From contig OX597821.1 of the NCBI GenBank assembly GCA_951406725.2, positions 84,692,001 to 84,756,000 on the forward strand: DNA of 64,000 bases, given 5' to 3'. The position numbers and the translations under genes are program-made. This document shows positions 12,330 to 25,464 of this stretch, one piece after another; within the stretch, counting starts at the first letter, position 1; every line of letters starts with the position of its first letter. The notes under the pieces are model-generated. The model searched no databases. It was not told where the DNA came from and was given only the letters and a program-made list of their open reading frames with translations. The stretch is from Octopus vulgaris. Lineage: Eukaryota.

Positions 12330-12610
12330 GCCTGACTGGCACCTATACTGGTGACATGTAAAAAGCATCATTCAAGCGTGGCCAATGCCAATGCTGTCTG
12401 ACTGGCTCCCATGCCAGTGACTTGTAAAAAGCACCATTCAAGTATGGTCAATGCCAGTACCGCCTGACTGGTTACCTTGCTGGTGGCATGTAAAAAGCAC
12501 CATTTAAGTATGGTTGATGTCAGTGCTGCTTGACTGGTTATCATGCTGGTGGCATGTAAAAAGCACCATTTGAGCATGGTCACTGCCAGTGCCGCCTGAC
12601 TGGCCCTTGT
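12330..12610 (+). repeat. About five ~57-bp tandem units of the family D internal minisatellite
   Basis: Repeated TGACTGG...GGTGGCATGTAAAAAGCACCATT...GCCAGT units. Confidence 0.8.
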
Positions 12611-12620
12611 GCTTCTGGCT

Positions 12621-12655
<35 letters not shown>

Positions 12656-12709
12656 GAAATATTAAAGTAACTAAGTCTCTCTAAAAGAGAACAGCGGCAG
12701 CGTTCCCGG

Positions 12710-12928
12710 AAAATAATAGTTATCGCCATACTAATATAGCATTCTTATAAAAATAAGAAAAAGCTGTCCGCTTATTAGCTCCATGAGGCCATCGCCTTAA
12801 GTTATATGGATACAGTTTGTGTATCAAATAGCTAACTTAAGGCGATGGCCTCATGGAGCTAATAAGCGGACAGCTTTTTTCTTATTTTTATAAGAATGCC
12901 ATATTAGTATGGCGATAACTATTATTTT
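12710..12928. repeat. Near-perfect ~95-bp-arm inverted repeat between (TA)n arrays
   Basis: 12710-12804 is the reverse complement of 12833-12928 with very few differences; 28-nt spacer. Confidence 0.9.
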
Positions 12929-13401
12929 ATATATATATATATATATATGTATATACATACATACATATATATAAATATATATATATATATTTCCCTCTTA
13001 GCTAGATGCCACCAGCCTTGGTCAAGCTAACAGATGTTCTTCAGAATAATTTCAACTAGTTTTAACACATGTACATCATTTGTTATTTTTCTTCACTGAA
13101 GGCTATTTATCTGCTGGCACTTGTTTGGTACTACAACCAAGACAATAGACATGAACATGCTTTACAACATAAATTATACAATTAATTTTCTAAATTACAA
13201 CTGCACATTTCCACATAAGTATGTAAATTTAGGATTGAGTTATCTTGTGAGTAAAGACCTGTTATATTCTTAGCTGAAACTCTGTGCTTGGGAAGTATGA
13301 AATTATTTCACCAACAATATCTAAAGAAGCCAATTTTTCGCTGGTGGTATAAAGGAAATAAAAGGTAATGTTCTATAATTGTTTTTATGTCTGAGTACAA
13401 T

Positions 13402-13446
13402 ATTACTTCTTGGCCTTTTGTCTAAGATCAAAATGTGTTATATCTG
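13402..13446 (+). pseudogene. Degenerate 5' fragment of U2 snRNA
   Basis: ATTACTTCTTGGCCTTTTGTCTAAGATCAAAATGTGTTATATCTG versus canonical U2 ATCGCTTCTCGGCCTTTTGGCTAAGATCAAGTGTAGTATCTG; no Sm site or 3' stems follow. Confidence 0.75.
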
Positions 13447-13454
13447 ACAGATTA

Positions 13455-13878
13455 CTCTTTACTCTTTTACTTATTTCAGTCATTTGACTGCAGCCATGCT
13501 GGAGCATCGCCTTTAGTCGAGCAAATCGACCCCAGGACTTATTCTTTGTAAGCTTAGTACTTATTCTATTGGTCTCTTTTGCCGAACCACTAAGTTACGG
13601 GGATGTAAACAACCACCATCGGTTGTCAAGCGATGTTGGGGGGGGGGACAAACACAGACACACAAACATATACACACACATACACACATATATATATATA
13701 TATACATATATATGATGGGCTTCTTTCAGTTTCTGTCTACCGAATCCACTCGCAAGGCTTTGGTCAGCCCGGGGCTATAGTAGAAGACACTTGCCCAAGG
13801 TGCCACACAGTGGGAATGAACCCAGAACTATGTGGTTGGTAAGCAAGCTACATACCACACAGCCACTCCTGCACCTAT
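13455..13878 (-). mobile_element. tRNA-derived SINE family B (CORE-like centre, internal TA/TG microsatellite)
   Basis: Reverse complement of GGAGTGGCTGTGTGG...CCTTGGGCAAGTGTCTT...GACTGAAA(C/T)AAGTAAAAGAG; more than 15 copies in the window. Confidence 0.9.
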
Positions 13879-14089
13879 AAATAGTTTAAAAATTTTTTTA
13901 AATCAAGATATGAGGCAAACACTTAATATCTAGGCAATTTCTATTGTAGTAGACCTATTTTCAAAGGCATTCAACTGTAACCACTAATCTTTCTTTCTTC
14001 CTTCTTTTCTATAATAAATTTTTTTCTTTTCTTCTTTTTCTTATATAATAAAAATATTTCAAGAAAGATATAACCTTTACTTTATAAAA

Positions 14090-14476
14090 GTGGAGGCGCA
14101 ATGGCCCAGTGGTTAGGGCAGCGGACTCGCGGTCGTAGGATCGCGGTTTCGATTCCCAGACCGGGCGTTGTGAGTGTTTATTGAGCGAAAACACCTAAAG
14201 CTCCACGAGGCTCCGGCAGGGGATGGTGGTGATCCCTGCTGTACTCTTTCACCACAACTTTCTCTCACTCTTACTTCCTGTTTCTGTTGTACCTGTATTT
14301 CAAAGGGCCGGCCTGGTCACTCTCTGTGTCACGCTGAATATCCCCGAGAACTACGTTAAGGGTACACATGTCTGTGGAGTGCTCAGCCACTTACCCGTTA
14401 ATTTCACGAGCAGTCTGTTCCGTTGGTCAGATCAACCGGAACCCTCGTCATCGTAACCAACGGAGTGCTTCCACAC
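14090..14476 (+). mobile_element. Full-length tRNA-derived SINE, family A variant
   Basis: A/B boxes, CpG-rich; TSD ACTTTATAAAA at 14079-14089 and 14477-14487; near-identical inverted copy at 49021-49395. Confidence 0.9.
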
Positions 14477-14848
14477 ACTTTATAAAAACAAAAAATCCTG
14501 AAGAGATTCTACCACATACTGTTTAAAATGATAACCAATTCTTAACATTGGATTTAACCCAAATGCTTCGAATTATGAATAACAAAGGGGCCAGAATAAA
14601 AATATATGTAGGTTATTTGAGATCCTTTTGTACTTTTTAAGATTTATTTGTATTTAAATTTTAACTTCAAACTATGATACAAATAAATTGACTATACATG
14701 CTCAGCGCTCCAGTTCCTTACCTAATTATTAATAATACTTATTATAAATAATAATCCCTAAAACATTGAAGAAATTTTCTTCTAATGTGATGGCGATTAA
14801 ACCAATGAAATTTTGGATTTATTAATGAGGACATGAATCCTTGAAATG

Positions 14849-14890
<42 letters not shown>

Positions 14891-14904
14891 TGAGTGTGTG
14901 TGTG

Positions 14905-15322
14905 TTAAATAAAATGAGACAACAAAACGAAGGCTATGTGGAATTTCTAGGACATTTATAAAGAGAAGGTGGTCTTACAACTGTTTCTGGGATATTAGAG
15001 ATGTCCCTTCATCAGAGATGATACGAGAAAGTTAACTAGAGGGAAACAGTAGAGTTCTATATAAGGAGTTGTTTTGGGAAAGGAAGAATAAAGGGAAATA
15101 AGAGAATAAAAATAAAAATAAAAATAAAAGTAAAAATATATGTAGGATGCTGCAGTTGCAGTTCCATTATCCAAGGAAAGCGCTGTGTAGAATGGGTAGA
15201 AAGGCTTCTTGTCCATGATATGTAGATTCCGATAGGTGTTCATATTTTGTTATTATGAGTGGATAGTGTGGAGACATAAATTCTGTGTGCTGTTCATTCA
15301 AATGGGTCTTGTGGTGTAAATA
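14905..15322 (-). mobile_element. Penelope-like 3' fragment with hammerhead motif
   Basis: Minus strand of 14971-15018 reads CTGATGA-A-GGGA(catctctaata)TCCC-A-GAAACAGTTGTA; abuts a (TG)n array. Confidence 0.55.
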
Positions 15323-15338
15323 AGATAATCATAATACC

Positions 15339-15562
15339 TATTTCTTTACTGCCCACAAGGGGCTAAACATAGAGGGGACAAACAAGGACAGACAAACGGA
15401 TTAAGTCGATTACATTGACCCCAGTGCATAACTGGTACTTAATTTATTGACCCCGAAAGGCAAAGTCGACCTCGGCAGAATTTGAACTCAGAACGTAATG
15501 GCAGATGAAATAAGGCTACGCATTTCACCCGGCGTGCTAACGATTCTGCCAGCTCGCCGCCT
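15339..15562 (-). mobile_element. SINE family C (Meta-SINE-like central domain)
   Basis: Core GTCGACTTTGCCTTTC...GGGGTC...AAGTACCAG; flanking direct repeat ATAATCATAATACC. Confidence 0.8.
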
Positions 15563-15576
15563 TATAATCATAATAC

Positions 15577-17150
15577 CTAGCATGGCTTTCAACCAGGAGG
15601 GAGCTGCCTGGCTCAGCTCCTATAGCAATATAAATGGGTGTTGAGGCAGTTACTTGACAACTCAAATGTAGACGTAATATATCTTGACTTTGCAAAAGCT
15701 TTTGATATAGTTGATCATGGTGTGATATGTCACAAACTGCGTGAATCTTGGGATAACTGGAATATTTGGAAGTGGTTACATGACTTTCTGAAAGATAGAC
15801 GTCAGGCAGTTTTGGCCAATGGAACCAGCACAAAGAAAACACAAATAGTGAGTGGTGTTCCACAGGGCACTGTCTTGGGACCACTGCTTTTCATAGTGGT
15901 TCTCTCAGATATGCCGTCAGATGCCTGGATAGCCACCCTTGCTAGCTATGCAGACCATACTAAAGTCTTGAAGAAAATACAAAACTTTTGCGATGTTGCA
16001 CACCTGCAGCAGGAGTTGGACTCAATTAACAGATGGGCTGAGGATAATAATATGCAGTTTAATGCTGGAAAATTCCAAGCCGTGCACCCAGAACTGAACA
16101 AAACTGAACTACCAGCACCCAAAACTGAACAAAAAAATTACAGGGTACACTGGCCCATGGCGGTTTACAATCCCAGGACCTAAATCAGTGTGGGACCTGG
16201 GTATTGACATGAATGAGGCAGCAAGCTGGCAGAAACGTTAGTACGCTGGGTAAAATGCTTAGCAGTATTTCATCTGCTGCTACATTCTAAGTTCAAATTC
16301 AGCCGAAGTCGACTTAGCCTTTCATCCTTTTGGGGTCGATTAAATAAGTACCAGTTATGCACTGGGGTCGATCTAATAGACTTAATTCTTTGTTTGTCCC
16401 ATCTATGTTTAGCCCCCTGTGGGCAATAAAGAAATAGATGTTACCTCTTTCCAAGTGCACATTACCAAGATGGTGACAAAGTGCAGACGGATGGCTGGCT
16501 GGATCCTAAGAATCTTCAGAACCATAGAGAAGGGAATGATAATGGTCCTCTGGAGGACATTCGCCCTCAGTCGCCAGGATTACTGTTCCCAGCTATGGAC
16601 ACCCCACAGTGTAAAATTAACAGAAGACCTTGCAGCAATCCAGGGAAGCTTCACAAAGAAGATCGTTTCATTGCAACAGCTCAGCTACTGAGAAAGGCTG
16701 AAACAGCTAAGACTCTACTTCCTGGAGCAAAGGCGGGTGAGATACACAGTAATATATAAGGGATATAAGGGATTTTGTCAAATTTTGACCTTGAAACCTA
16801 CACATATGCTAGAACGGGTCGCCACTGCACAGTGCCAAAGATCCCAGTAATGCCATCGTGCTTCAGGACCAGTTACAGCAACAGCCTGGGTTTCAAGGGC
16901 CCACAGCACAAAGAGCCTGAGGGACATACACAAAGTGGATGTAGCTGTTTTCAAATCAAAACTGGATCTCTTCCTGTCATGAGTCCCAGATGAATCTACC
17001 TCGCGGCAGGAGGCACAAATGAAGGCAGCAACATCAAACTCCCTTATTCACCAAATACCACGTATCAGAGGTGGCTCTCAATAATAACAGTGTAGCAAAA
17101 CGGCGGTGCCCCTGCATGGACACAGCTTTGAGCTGAAACAAATAAAAAAA
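15577..17150 (+). mobile_element. CR1/L2-group LINE relic (RT domain and 3' region), interrupted by a family C SINE at ~16216-16437
   Basis: DVIYLDFAKAFD, SGVPQGTVLGPLLF, YADHTK, MQFNAGKF, DYCSQLWTP; frameshifts and stops; A-rich tail. Confidence 0.85.
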
Positions 17151-17463
17151 ATAAGAAAATATTATTAACTTCCTTATCACCATTTTCTTTTCTTCTTTAA
17201 AATTTTTATACACACACACACACACACACACATACATATCAATTTTCTTTCTTTTATATGATGACAGGGTATAATTTGAGGGAGATTTGTCTGTTATTTC
17301 TGAGGGGGAGGTTTCATTATTGTGCAGAACATTTAACTATTTTTGACATGGTGGTTTTAAAAGTGAAACATTTTAAAATAATACTATTTTTTGTTTCTAG
17401 CTTTTGTTCGTAAACCAAAGACAGGACAGCGTGTATGTGAGCATGTTAATAATTTTAAGCAAT

Positions 17464-17648
17464 TTAACCCTTTCGTTACCAACCCGGCTGAAGTTTTGAA
17501 TTAAAATCTTCCACCAAACCTTAGTCACAATTTATGTTCCTAACACTGGCTGAATGATAACTAAGTTATTTTACAAAATTCTTTGTAATATTTAAAGTAC
17601 TTGAAAGAAACACAGAGCATCTCAACAGAAATACAGTAACAAAAGGGC
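17464..17648. mobile_element. piggyBac-like MITE ~170 bp upstream of the PPP1R8 ATG
   Basis: TTAACCCTTTCGTTAC...GTAACAAAAGGG termini; inverted sister copy at 48286-48514 with TTAA on both ends. Confidence 0.75.
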
Positions 17649-17819
17649 TCTTTGAAATAAGTATAAATTAAACCCGTTCTCAAAGTTTAAGATCTTGTTT
17701 GAAGTCAAAATTTATGATGTTTCTCTCGTTTATTTTTATTGTCTTTGCTGGAAAGTTACTTCCCTTGAAAAATAGTTATCTCCCTTGGAGTGGCCTATAA
17801 TTCTTTTATAGTATTCAAA

Positions 17820-17863
17820 ATGGCGAAGGAACCTTTGGTGAACAACTTTGAAGTCCCGTCCTG
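17820..17863 (+). CDS. PPP1R8: NIPP1 (PP1 regulatory subunit 8) coding exon 1: MAKEPLVNNFEVPS(W)
   Basis: ATG in AAAATGG context; FEVPSW parallels vertebrate FDCPTW; donor TG|GTTAGT is phase 2 and completes Trp with exon 2. Confidence 0.85.
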
Positions 17864-19740
17864 GTTAGTAGAGAGCCTTTCTTTCTTGGTTTTACTTCGT
17901 CATTACAATGCTAGCTTAGAGGTGTTGCAAAGCACTTCTCACTGTGGAATCTAGTGGAGAGGCTTATTTGTATGCTTGCTCAACACGTTTCCCTAATTCA
18001 ATGCATTTACCGGTCATTCAACAACTTGTATTCGTATATTTACGTGTTTTTGTATGTATATATATTATATATATACATAGACACCTACACTGTCACCCAT
18101 ATGTGTGCATATATATATATGCTTGCGCATATCCGTGCCTGGTGGTATCTTGTATTATTGATCGCCCTACCAGATCTGTTGTTATGCTCTCTGTATTGTT
18201 TTGCTAGAGTCAAAAAGATAGACGAAGCAAATAGATGTATGACATGCACACGCTTGTTTTCTCGAATCAATTAACTTCACTGAAATATGTGTTGCATGTT
18301 TTACCCCACAACCTTTGTTTACACTTAATCTGCACACGAAATCCTCCAATTATTAGCAGTTACTCAGTCATGCTATTTCCTGCTTTGAGGGCAGGCATCT
18401 GCCTCAGTACCCTTCTCTCTGAAGTCATCATCATCATCGATAATTTCAATGCGCACAACTTGCTTTGGCACCCGCTCCTCCAACACTGACCCCACTTTTA
18501 CTGAGGTCATATCGTTTACCTCTCGTCCGTATCCCTGGCCAACACAGCAACTCTCCGAACACTCTTCTTGATCTTTTTCTCACTTGTACAACGCAGCTGT
18601 GTCCATCTCTGCCCCATCTTATCGTCCGATCACACTACCCACTGGACCTCCAAACTGTCAAGTGGGTCAGTCACAGTTGCCACCGCTTACAACTCCTGGA
18701 GGAAGTCACTCACCATCACAACTTGAGAAATGTTTAACCACCAACTCAACGCTTACGTTATGCAAAATAATTTGTGGCATGCATTGCAAGGTCTGAAAGT
18801 TTCCATATCTTATAAATAGGACCCTTACCAAGAGCGTCTCCTCTAACTTTGCAGAATCTGAATCTTCTTATCTTCAGTTTGTCAACAAGATGCTCTGAAT
18901 GCATACACAAACACAATAAAATTTTTCTCAAATTCTTTCCCACCATTTCACCTGTTTCACTTTCACGTGTGTTCACTTAACGTCTACAGATGCTGTACAT
19001 GGACCCATCATCAGTGTTGTATCCTGAGAGTCATTGGGTGTTTTTTTTTCCTTCTTAGTCTTACATTACCCCTTCATCTAGGCAACCTGATCGGGGTTGA
19101 TCAAGTCAAGGCCTGTGTCCATGCAGCATTCTGCTAACTCCACTGATCAGCACTTATCATCCAGAGCCATCTGGATGCTCTCATAACAGCCTCTTTGTTG
19201 TTCTTGATGGCTCTTCTGCTCATTACTTTAATGCTCAGAATTCCACAGGTCTTACACAGCTCATAACCTTCCCTGGCAAACAGCTCGTTCTTCACCAACT
19301 CCGGTTCTTCGCTCTCTTCCAATGTTATTATATTTCCAAACAATTAAGGTAGCAAGCAGCCAGAATTGTTAGTAGGCTGGAAAAAATGCTTAGCATCATT
19401 TCTTCCAACTTAACAGTCATCATCATCATCATCATCATTTAGTGTCTGCTTTCCATGCTGGCATGGGTTAGATGGTTTGACTGGAACTGGTAAGCCAGAG
19501 AGCTGCACCAAATTTCAGTCTGATCTGGCATGGTTTCTATGGCTGGATGCCCTTCCTAATGCCAACCACTCCAAAGTAAAATAGGTGCTTTTTATGTGCC
19601 ACTGTGACATGGGTGTCAGTTTCATGACACCAGCATTGACCGAGGACTGATGTAATTGGCATCCGTGCCATGGCATGTAAAAAATCCCCCATTAGTCTGA
19701 GTTAAAATCCCGCCATGGTCAGCTTTGTCCCTCATCCTTT

Positions 19741-20155
19741 CATCATCATCATCATCATCATCATTATTTAGCGTCCGCTTTCCATGCTAGCATGGGTTGG
19801 ACGTAGATTGGGGTCTGGGAAGCCAGAAGGCTGCACCAGGCCCAGTTTGATCTGGCAATGTTTCTACGGCTGGATGCCCTTCCTAACGCCAACCACTCCA
19901 TGAGTGTAGTAGGTGCTTTTTACGTGCCAGACGAGTCTGGCAAACGGCCACGATCGGATGGTGCTTTTTATGTGCCACCGGCACGGGGGCCAGGCAAGGC
20001 TGGCAACGGCCACGAACAGATGGTGCTTTTTACGTGCCACCGGCACGAGGCCAGTCGGGGCGGCGCTGGCAACAGCCACATTCGGATGGTTCTCTTACGT
20101 GCCACCGGCACTTGTAACACAGCTGCAATTTCCATTGATCAATTTCGATTCTGAT
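19741..20155 (-). mobile_element. SINE family D with three internal minisatellite units
   Basis: (CAT)n start and family core. Confidence 0.85.
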
Positions 20156-22761
20156 TCAGCGTCAATAAAATAAATGCCAGCTGAGCCCTGGGGTTGATTT
20201 AATCAACTTACCCCATCCATCAAAATTACTGGTCTTGTGCCAAAATTTGAAATCAATATATCCAAACAATGAATGGATCAACTTCAGTGGTGTCCTTTCT
20301 GTTACCCTCAACCCTTTAGCATTCAGGTTTCTCTGTCAAATCTATTCCTTATTTCTTCACATTATTTTGAATTAAGCATGCATTATCTCATAACTTCGTG
20401 ATTCCGATGATGTGACTGTTTATTTTTATGATGATATTGTAGAGTTTTTGTGAGAGGCTGGATCTGGCTGGATTAAACATAAAACAGAATATTTTGACTG
20501 AATATAGCCAGTTTAAATGCTAAAGGGTTAAACAGTACACCCCTATCTTCAAACACCCCAGTTTTTCACTTTTTATAGAGACCTATCTCAATCAACAGAA
20601 ATACGTAATGGCACCTCCTTCTCCGTCTCTAAAATCTCCCCTCATTCTCTTACAAAACATATCCCTATCCCTCTCAGTGCCACATATTCGCCCAGCCATA
20701 CATTGTGTGTATGTCCCAATGCATCTCCAATACCTATTTCTCTCTCTCTTTCACTTTGTCTCTCTAACTCTCTCCCTCCTTCCTCTCCTTTCTTTTCCTA
20801 CTAGCATAGCCAAGTATCTCCTCTATAGTAAGACACCTCTCTCCATCCCTTTATTATACTTTAACCTTTTAACTGACACAAAGCCACTTCCCTCAGTACC
20901 ACTACCTCTTCCAGCCAAGGGTTTTTTGCCTGGCAACTCTGCTGGTGCTGATGCCACACAAGAAAGCACCCAGTACACTCTATAAGGTGGTTGATGTTAG
21001 GAAGGACATCCAACCATAGAAACCATGCCAAAGCAGACACTGGAGCCTGGTGCAGATCTCTGGCTTGCCTGCCCCTGTCAAACTGTCCAACCCATGCCAG
21101 TAAGGAAGATGGACAGTAAATGATGATGATGAAGCTAAGATGTTGATGCTGGTGCACAATTTAGGAGGTTGGCTAAAGGAGAGTAGATATTAGGGTATTA
21201 GAGCCTATGGATGAGATAGTGAGAATATAGGACTGTGCAAAGAGAACAGATTTTTAACCAATGTTAAAAAAAGAGAGAATTGATTGGAAAAAGTACAAGT
21301 GGGACAAAAAGTGAATTCAAATATCATTTTCATCCTTTAACGTCTGTTTTCCATGCTAGCATGGGTTTGACCAGAAATGGCAAGTTGGGCAACTGCACCG
21401 GACTCCAGTCTGATATGGCTTTGTTTCTATGGCTAAATGCCTTTCCTAATGCTTACCACTTTACGGCATGTGCTGGGTGTTTTTAATGTGCCACCACATG
21501 AGCACTTTTACATGGCACAGGACTCTTGCAGGCCAATCCTATTCGCCAGGGATGTGGCTTTGCTCCATATATTTGTAAATAGATGTCTTTGAATATTCTT
21601 TGGGTGTAATGGCATGGCAGACTCACAAAGCCTTGTGGGAAGAGGTAAACCAGCAACCTATTGAAACTCAGCTCAAGAGGAGGAAATGAGGTTGGTTAGG
21701 ATACACCTTACAAGGCAAGCATTCTTGAGAAAAGCCACAGAAATTGAAGCACTAACAGGTGGTTACACCAGGGGACATCTACAATCCATTGTCAAAGATA
21801 AAGACAAATGGGCTTCTCTTATTGGTGCCCTATGTTCCATATGGAGTCAAAGGAATTAAGAAGTGATGATGATACAATAGCAGCCAGAGTGCCCTCAAAT
21901 TGCATCCTACTGTCTTAAAGGATACACTGAACAATGTAGTTACTGATATACAAAATAGTGAGATGGCCATGGCCATCCCAACTGAGTTTCTGTCTTTACC
22001 TCTTGTATATCTCATAAGTCTACCTCCTGAATGCTATATCTTCAGCTCTTCTTATATTCACTTAAAATTTTTTTTTTTCTTTTACTGAAACTTATTCTGC
22101 ATGTTCCATTCTTTCTATGTTGTTCTTCAGCAATGAAAATCAGGCCATTGGCAACAAAAAGTGTTCCTGTGACTATCAACTCTTTAGTTCTTATAATTGT
22201 AATGCTAGTGGCTATGGAACAGAGAAGAGGGAAGGGGACAGAACTTTGGAGACATTGACCTCTACACTGCCAAGCTGAGGAGCTGCACCAGACTCCAGTC
22301 TGATTTGGCATGGTTTCTATGGCTGGATGCCCTTCCTAATGCCAACCACTCAGCAGAGTGTACTGGATGCTTTTATGTGGCACTTCCACAAGTGCTTTAC
22401 ACCACCCCACATAAATGTTTACCAGCCAATCCTCATTGGTTGGTATGCCACCAAATTTGGAGCCATATGAAGTCATTTGTTGGACACCAAAACCTTATGA
22501 CCTCATCAGTAATAAACATTAGACTATTAATATTGATTTCCTGAAAATTGCCTACTTTGATGGAAATCCCACTTCTAACCTTTATTCAATTTACATAATG
22601 GACAGTTGATAACAGAATACAATCTAAGCCACTTTCAATATCCTCCACCCACTTACCAGTTCCTGTACAGACTATGTAACCAGCTTGTCATGTTCCTTAG
22701 CACAAGTACTTCATGAGTTTCACTGTATTAGTTGGAAGTGAAGCTTATGATCATATTTATA

Positions 22762-22926
22762 GGCGCAAGAGTGGCTGTATGGTAAGTAGCTTGCTAACCA
22801 ACCACATGGTTCCGGCCGGGTTCAGTCCCACTGCATGGCATCTTGGGCAAGCGTCTTCTGCTATAGCCCCGGGCTGACCAATGCCTTGTGAGTGGATTTG
22901 GTAGACGGAAACTGAAAGAAGCCTGT

Positions 22927-22961
<35 letters not shown>

Positions 22962-23157
22962 CTGTGTTTGACCCCCTAGCATTGCTTGACAACCGATGCT
23001 GGTGTGTTTACGTCCCCGTTACTTAGCGGTTCGGCAAAAGAAACCGATAGAATAAGTACTGGGCTTACAAAGAATAAGTCCCGGGGTCGATTTGCTTGAC
23101 TAAAGGCGGTGCTCCAGCATGGCCGCAGTCAAATGGCTGAAACAAGTAAAAGAGAGT
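22762..23157 (+). mobile_element. SINE family B, followed by an older tandem copy to ~23540
   Basis: Family consensus match. Confidence 0.9.
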
Positions 23158-24713
23158 ATGTAGGCGTGGCTATGTGGTTGAGAGGTTTGCTTCCAGCTAC
23201 ATGGTTTCAGGTTCAGTCTTACTGTGTGACAACCTTGAGCAGGTGTCTTTTACTATAGTCCCAGGCTGCCCAAAGCTTTGTGAACAGATTTGATAGACAG
23301 AAACTGAGAAAGCTTGCTTTGTGTCTGTGTTTGTTCCACACCACTACTTCTTAATCAGTGTTGGTGTTTTTACATCCCCATAACTTAGCAGTTTGGCAAA
23401 AAGATACCAATAGAATAAGTACCAGGCTTAAAAAAGTAAATAAATACTGGTCATTGATTTGTTTGACTAAAATTCTTCAAGGCAGTGCCCCAGCCTGGCA
23501 ACTGTCTAATGACTGAAACAAGTAAAAGATAAAAATGAAAAGATGAGTGTGTCCTTCTTCATTTTGACATTGTATGATAACTGTTAATTAATTTCACTAT
23601 CATTAATTTCTAATATTCTGTGAAAACATGTCTGTATGGCCATGGGAAAATGTTAACTTATTTGGAAACAGGTGAAAATTGGTAAGAGGAAGTGCACCTG
23701 ATCATGGAAAATCTGCTTCTATAAACTTCATTCAACCCATTGCAAATCTAGAACTGTGGATGATAAAGTGATGAGATGATGATATAATAGTTTTGCAACT
23801 GTCTTGGAGAAACTTGTATACCAAAGCAGACTGGAACTTGGTGCAGTTCTCCGGCTTACCAGTTCCAGTCAAACTGTCTAACCCATGCCAGCATGGAAAG
23901 AAGACACTAAATGATGATGATATCTTTGGTAGTTTACTATCTCAGAGCTACTGCCAAGGACTATTCCATTTATAAACTGACTCTGATATCTGAAAAGGAA
24001 ATGTCGACTGAGTCTTTCCCACTTCTCTACTGATTAGCTTCACAGTCACATTACAATAGGGTAGGTTGCTTGCACATTGCATTCTGTACTCGGTGCAGTG
24101 TTTAATACATGGGACTGACATTACAAGTCTATTATTATAAATACAGGCTATATCATTACCTGTACTAACCAAAGAGCATTAATTAATTTTCTTCAATAGA
24201 TGTTGCGTTACCATTAACATGGCATTATTATATCATGAACACATCATTTTTGTTGAAAGGACTCCATGGATATTTTGGGAAAAATCTAACATTAGATTTT
24301 CCCTCATGGATGACAGCTGTGAAGCAACACACTAGTGGACAACATGTAGTACTGTGTATAAATGTTCACGAGCATTGCTTTATTGAGATCTAAGCACCAC
24401 AGATTGTGACATAGAATGGTGAGAACTTTGAACACAGTTTACCCAACTTCATGTTGTTGCTTTTGTTTTGTGATGCCAACACTTTAGTGTCTGATCAAGA
24501 ACCTGTATATCATCTTATTTGCCGAACATGGTTATCATGCATTATATTACTAAAACCCCATTATGTTATTAACTTAACATTCTTAATTCTTTGCCAGTCC
24601 AAAGCATTTTCATAAATTTCTCCTAAACATCCAAGCTTGTTCTCAGACTTTTAAGCTAGTCCTTGTTTCATATGTTCCAAGTAATGTAAAGTTTGCATTT
24701 TCTAAGTTCCAAA

Positions 24714-25075
24714 TTAGTTAGTTAGTTAATTTTTTGGCTCAAAAAGCAAAAAGCAAGGCCATGTAGGGGGACATGGAGTTATGTACAGGGTGGTGTTCAT
24801 GTAAAGAGTTCAGGCCACTTGAGGTCAAGGGAGACTTTGAACCGAGCGGTCGTCGGCATTTTCACCATCTCGTCTGGCAGTTTATTCCACGGATCCACAA
24901 CCCAGACGGAGAAAGCCCCTCTCCTTCGATTGAGATGAAATTGTCGCAGATAGAGCTTTTCGGAATGACCCCGCAGCCAACGCTCTGGAGTAGGAGTGAA
25001 GAACAGCTCTTTCGAGAGGTTACACTTTCCGCTTATGATGTTGTGAGCAAGAATTACTCTGGTGGTTGAAAACAA
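24714..25075 (-). mobile_element. CR1-like LINE 3' end with (TAAC)n tail
   Basis: LRGHSEKLY...RRGAFSVWVVDPWNKLPDEMV...FKVSLD; TTAG repeats at 24714-24728. Confidence 0.75.
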
Positions 25076-25464
25076 TTTGTAATGTGTATCATGTATGATG
25101 CATGGACACGGGGAAATATGTGCTGTGTATCGCATATGATACAAAGGGACACAGATCTGTGAAGGTAGTAAAGCATTTATAGATGTTGATGGGAAAGGTT
25201 AGGTTTTAGAAGAATCGTTTGAAATATAAAAAAATTTTGAGATAAATTTATTATACAAGATGGAATACATGAGAGTAAAGTTTTTAAAACCAAAACCTTC
25301 ATGCACCCCTAATTAGTTTCTTTGTCAATTTTTCTGTCAATCCCTTCATGACCATATTTCTAATAAATCATATTCCTTAGGGATTTTTAATTTGTTTTGA
25401 AAAAATCCAGAATTTGGAGAAATTTTGCAAAATAACTTTTCATTTTTTTAGTGTTTAGAACGTT

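Noticed and set aside
12330-12610. Regularly spaced repeats resembling a CRISPR array
   Set aside because: Whole units are degenerate copies with no unique spacers; they match the SINE D minisatellite; eukaryotic context with no cas genes
19858-20173. Recurrent LDALPNANHS peptides suggesting a gene family
   Set aside because: Translations of SINE family D found at many scattered positions on both strands
24170-24550. Possible hAT transposase remnant
   Set aside because: No motif could be read with confidence
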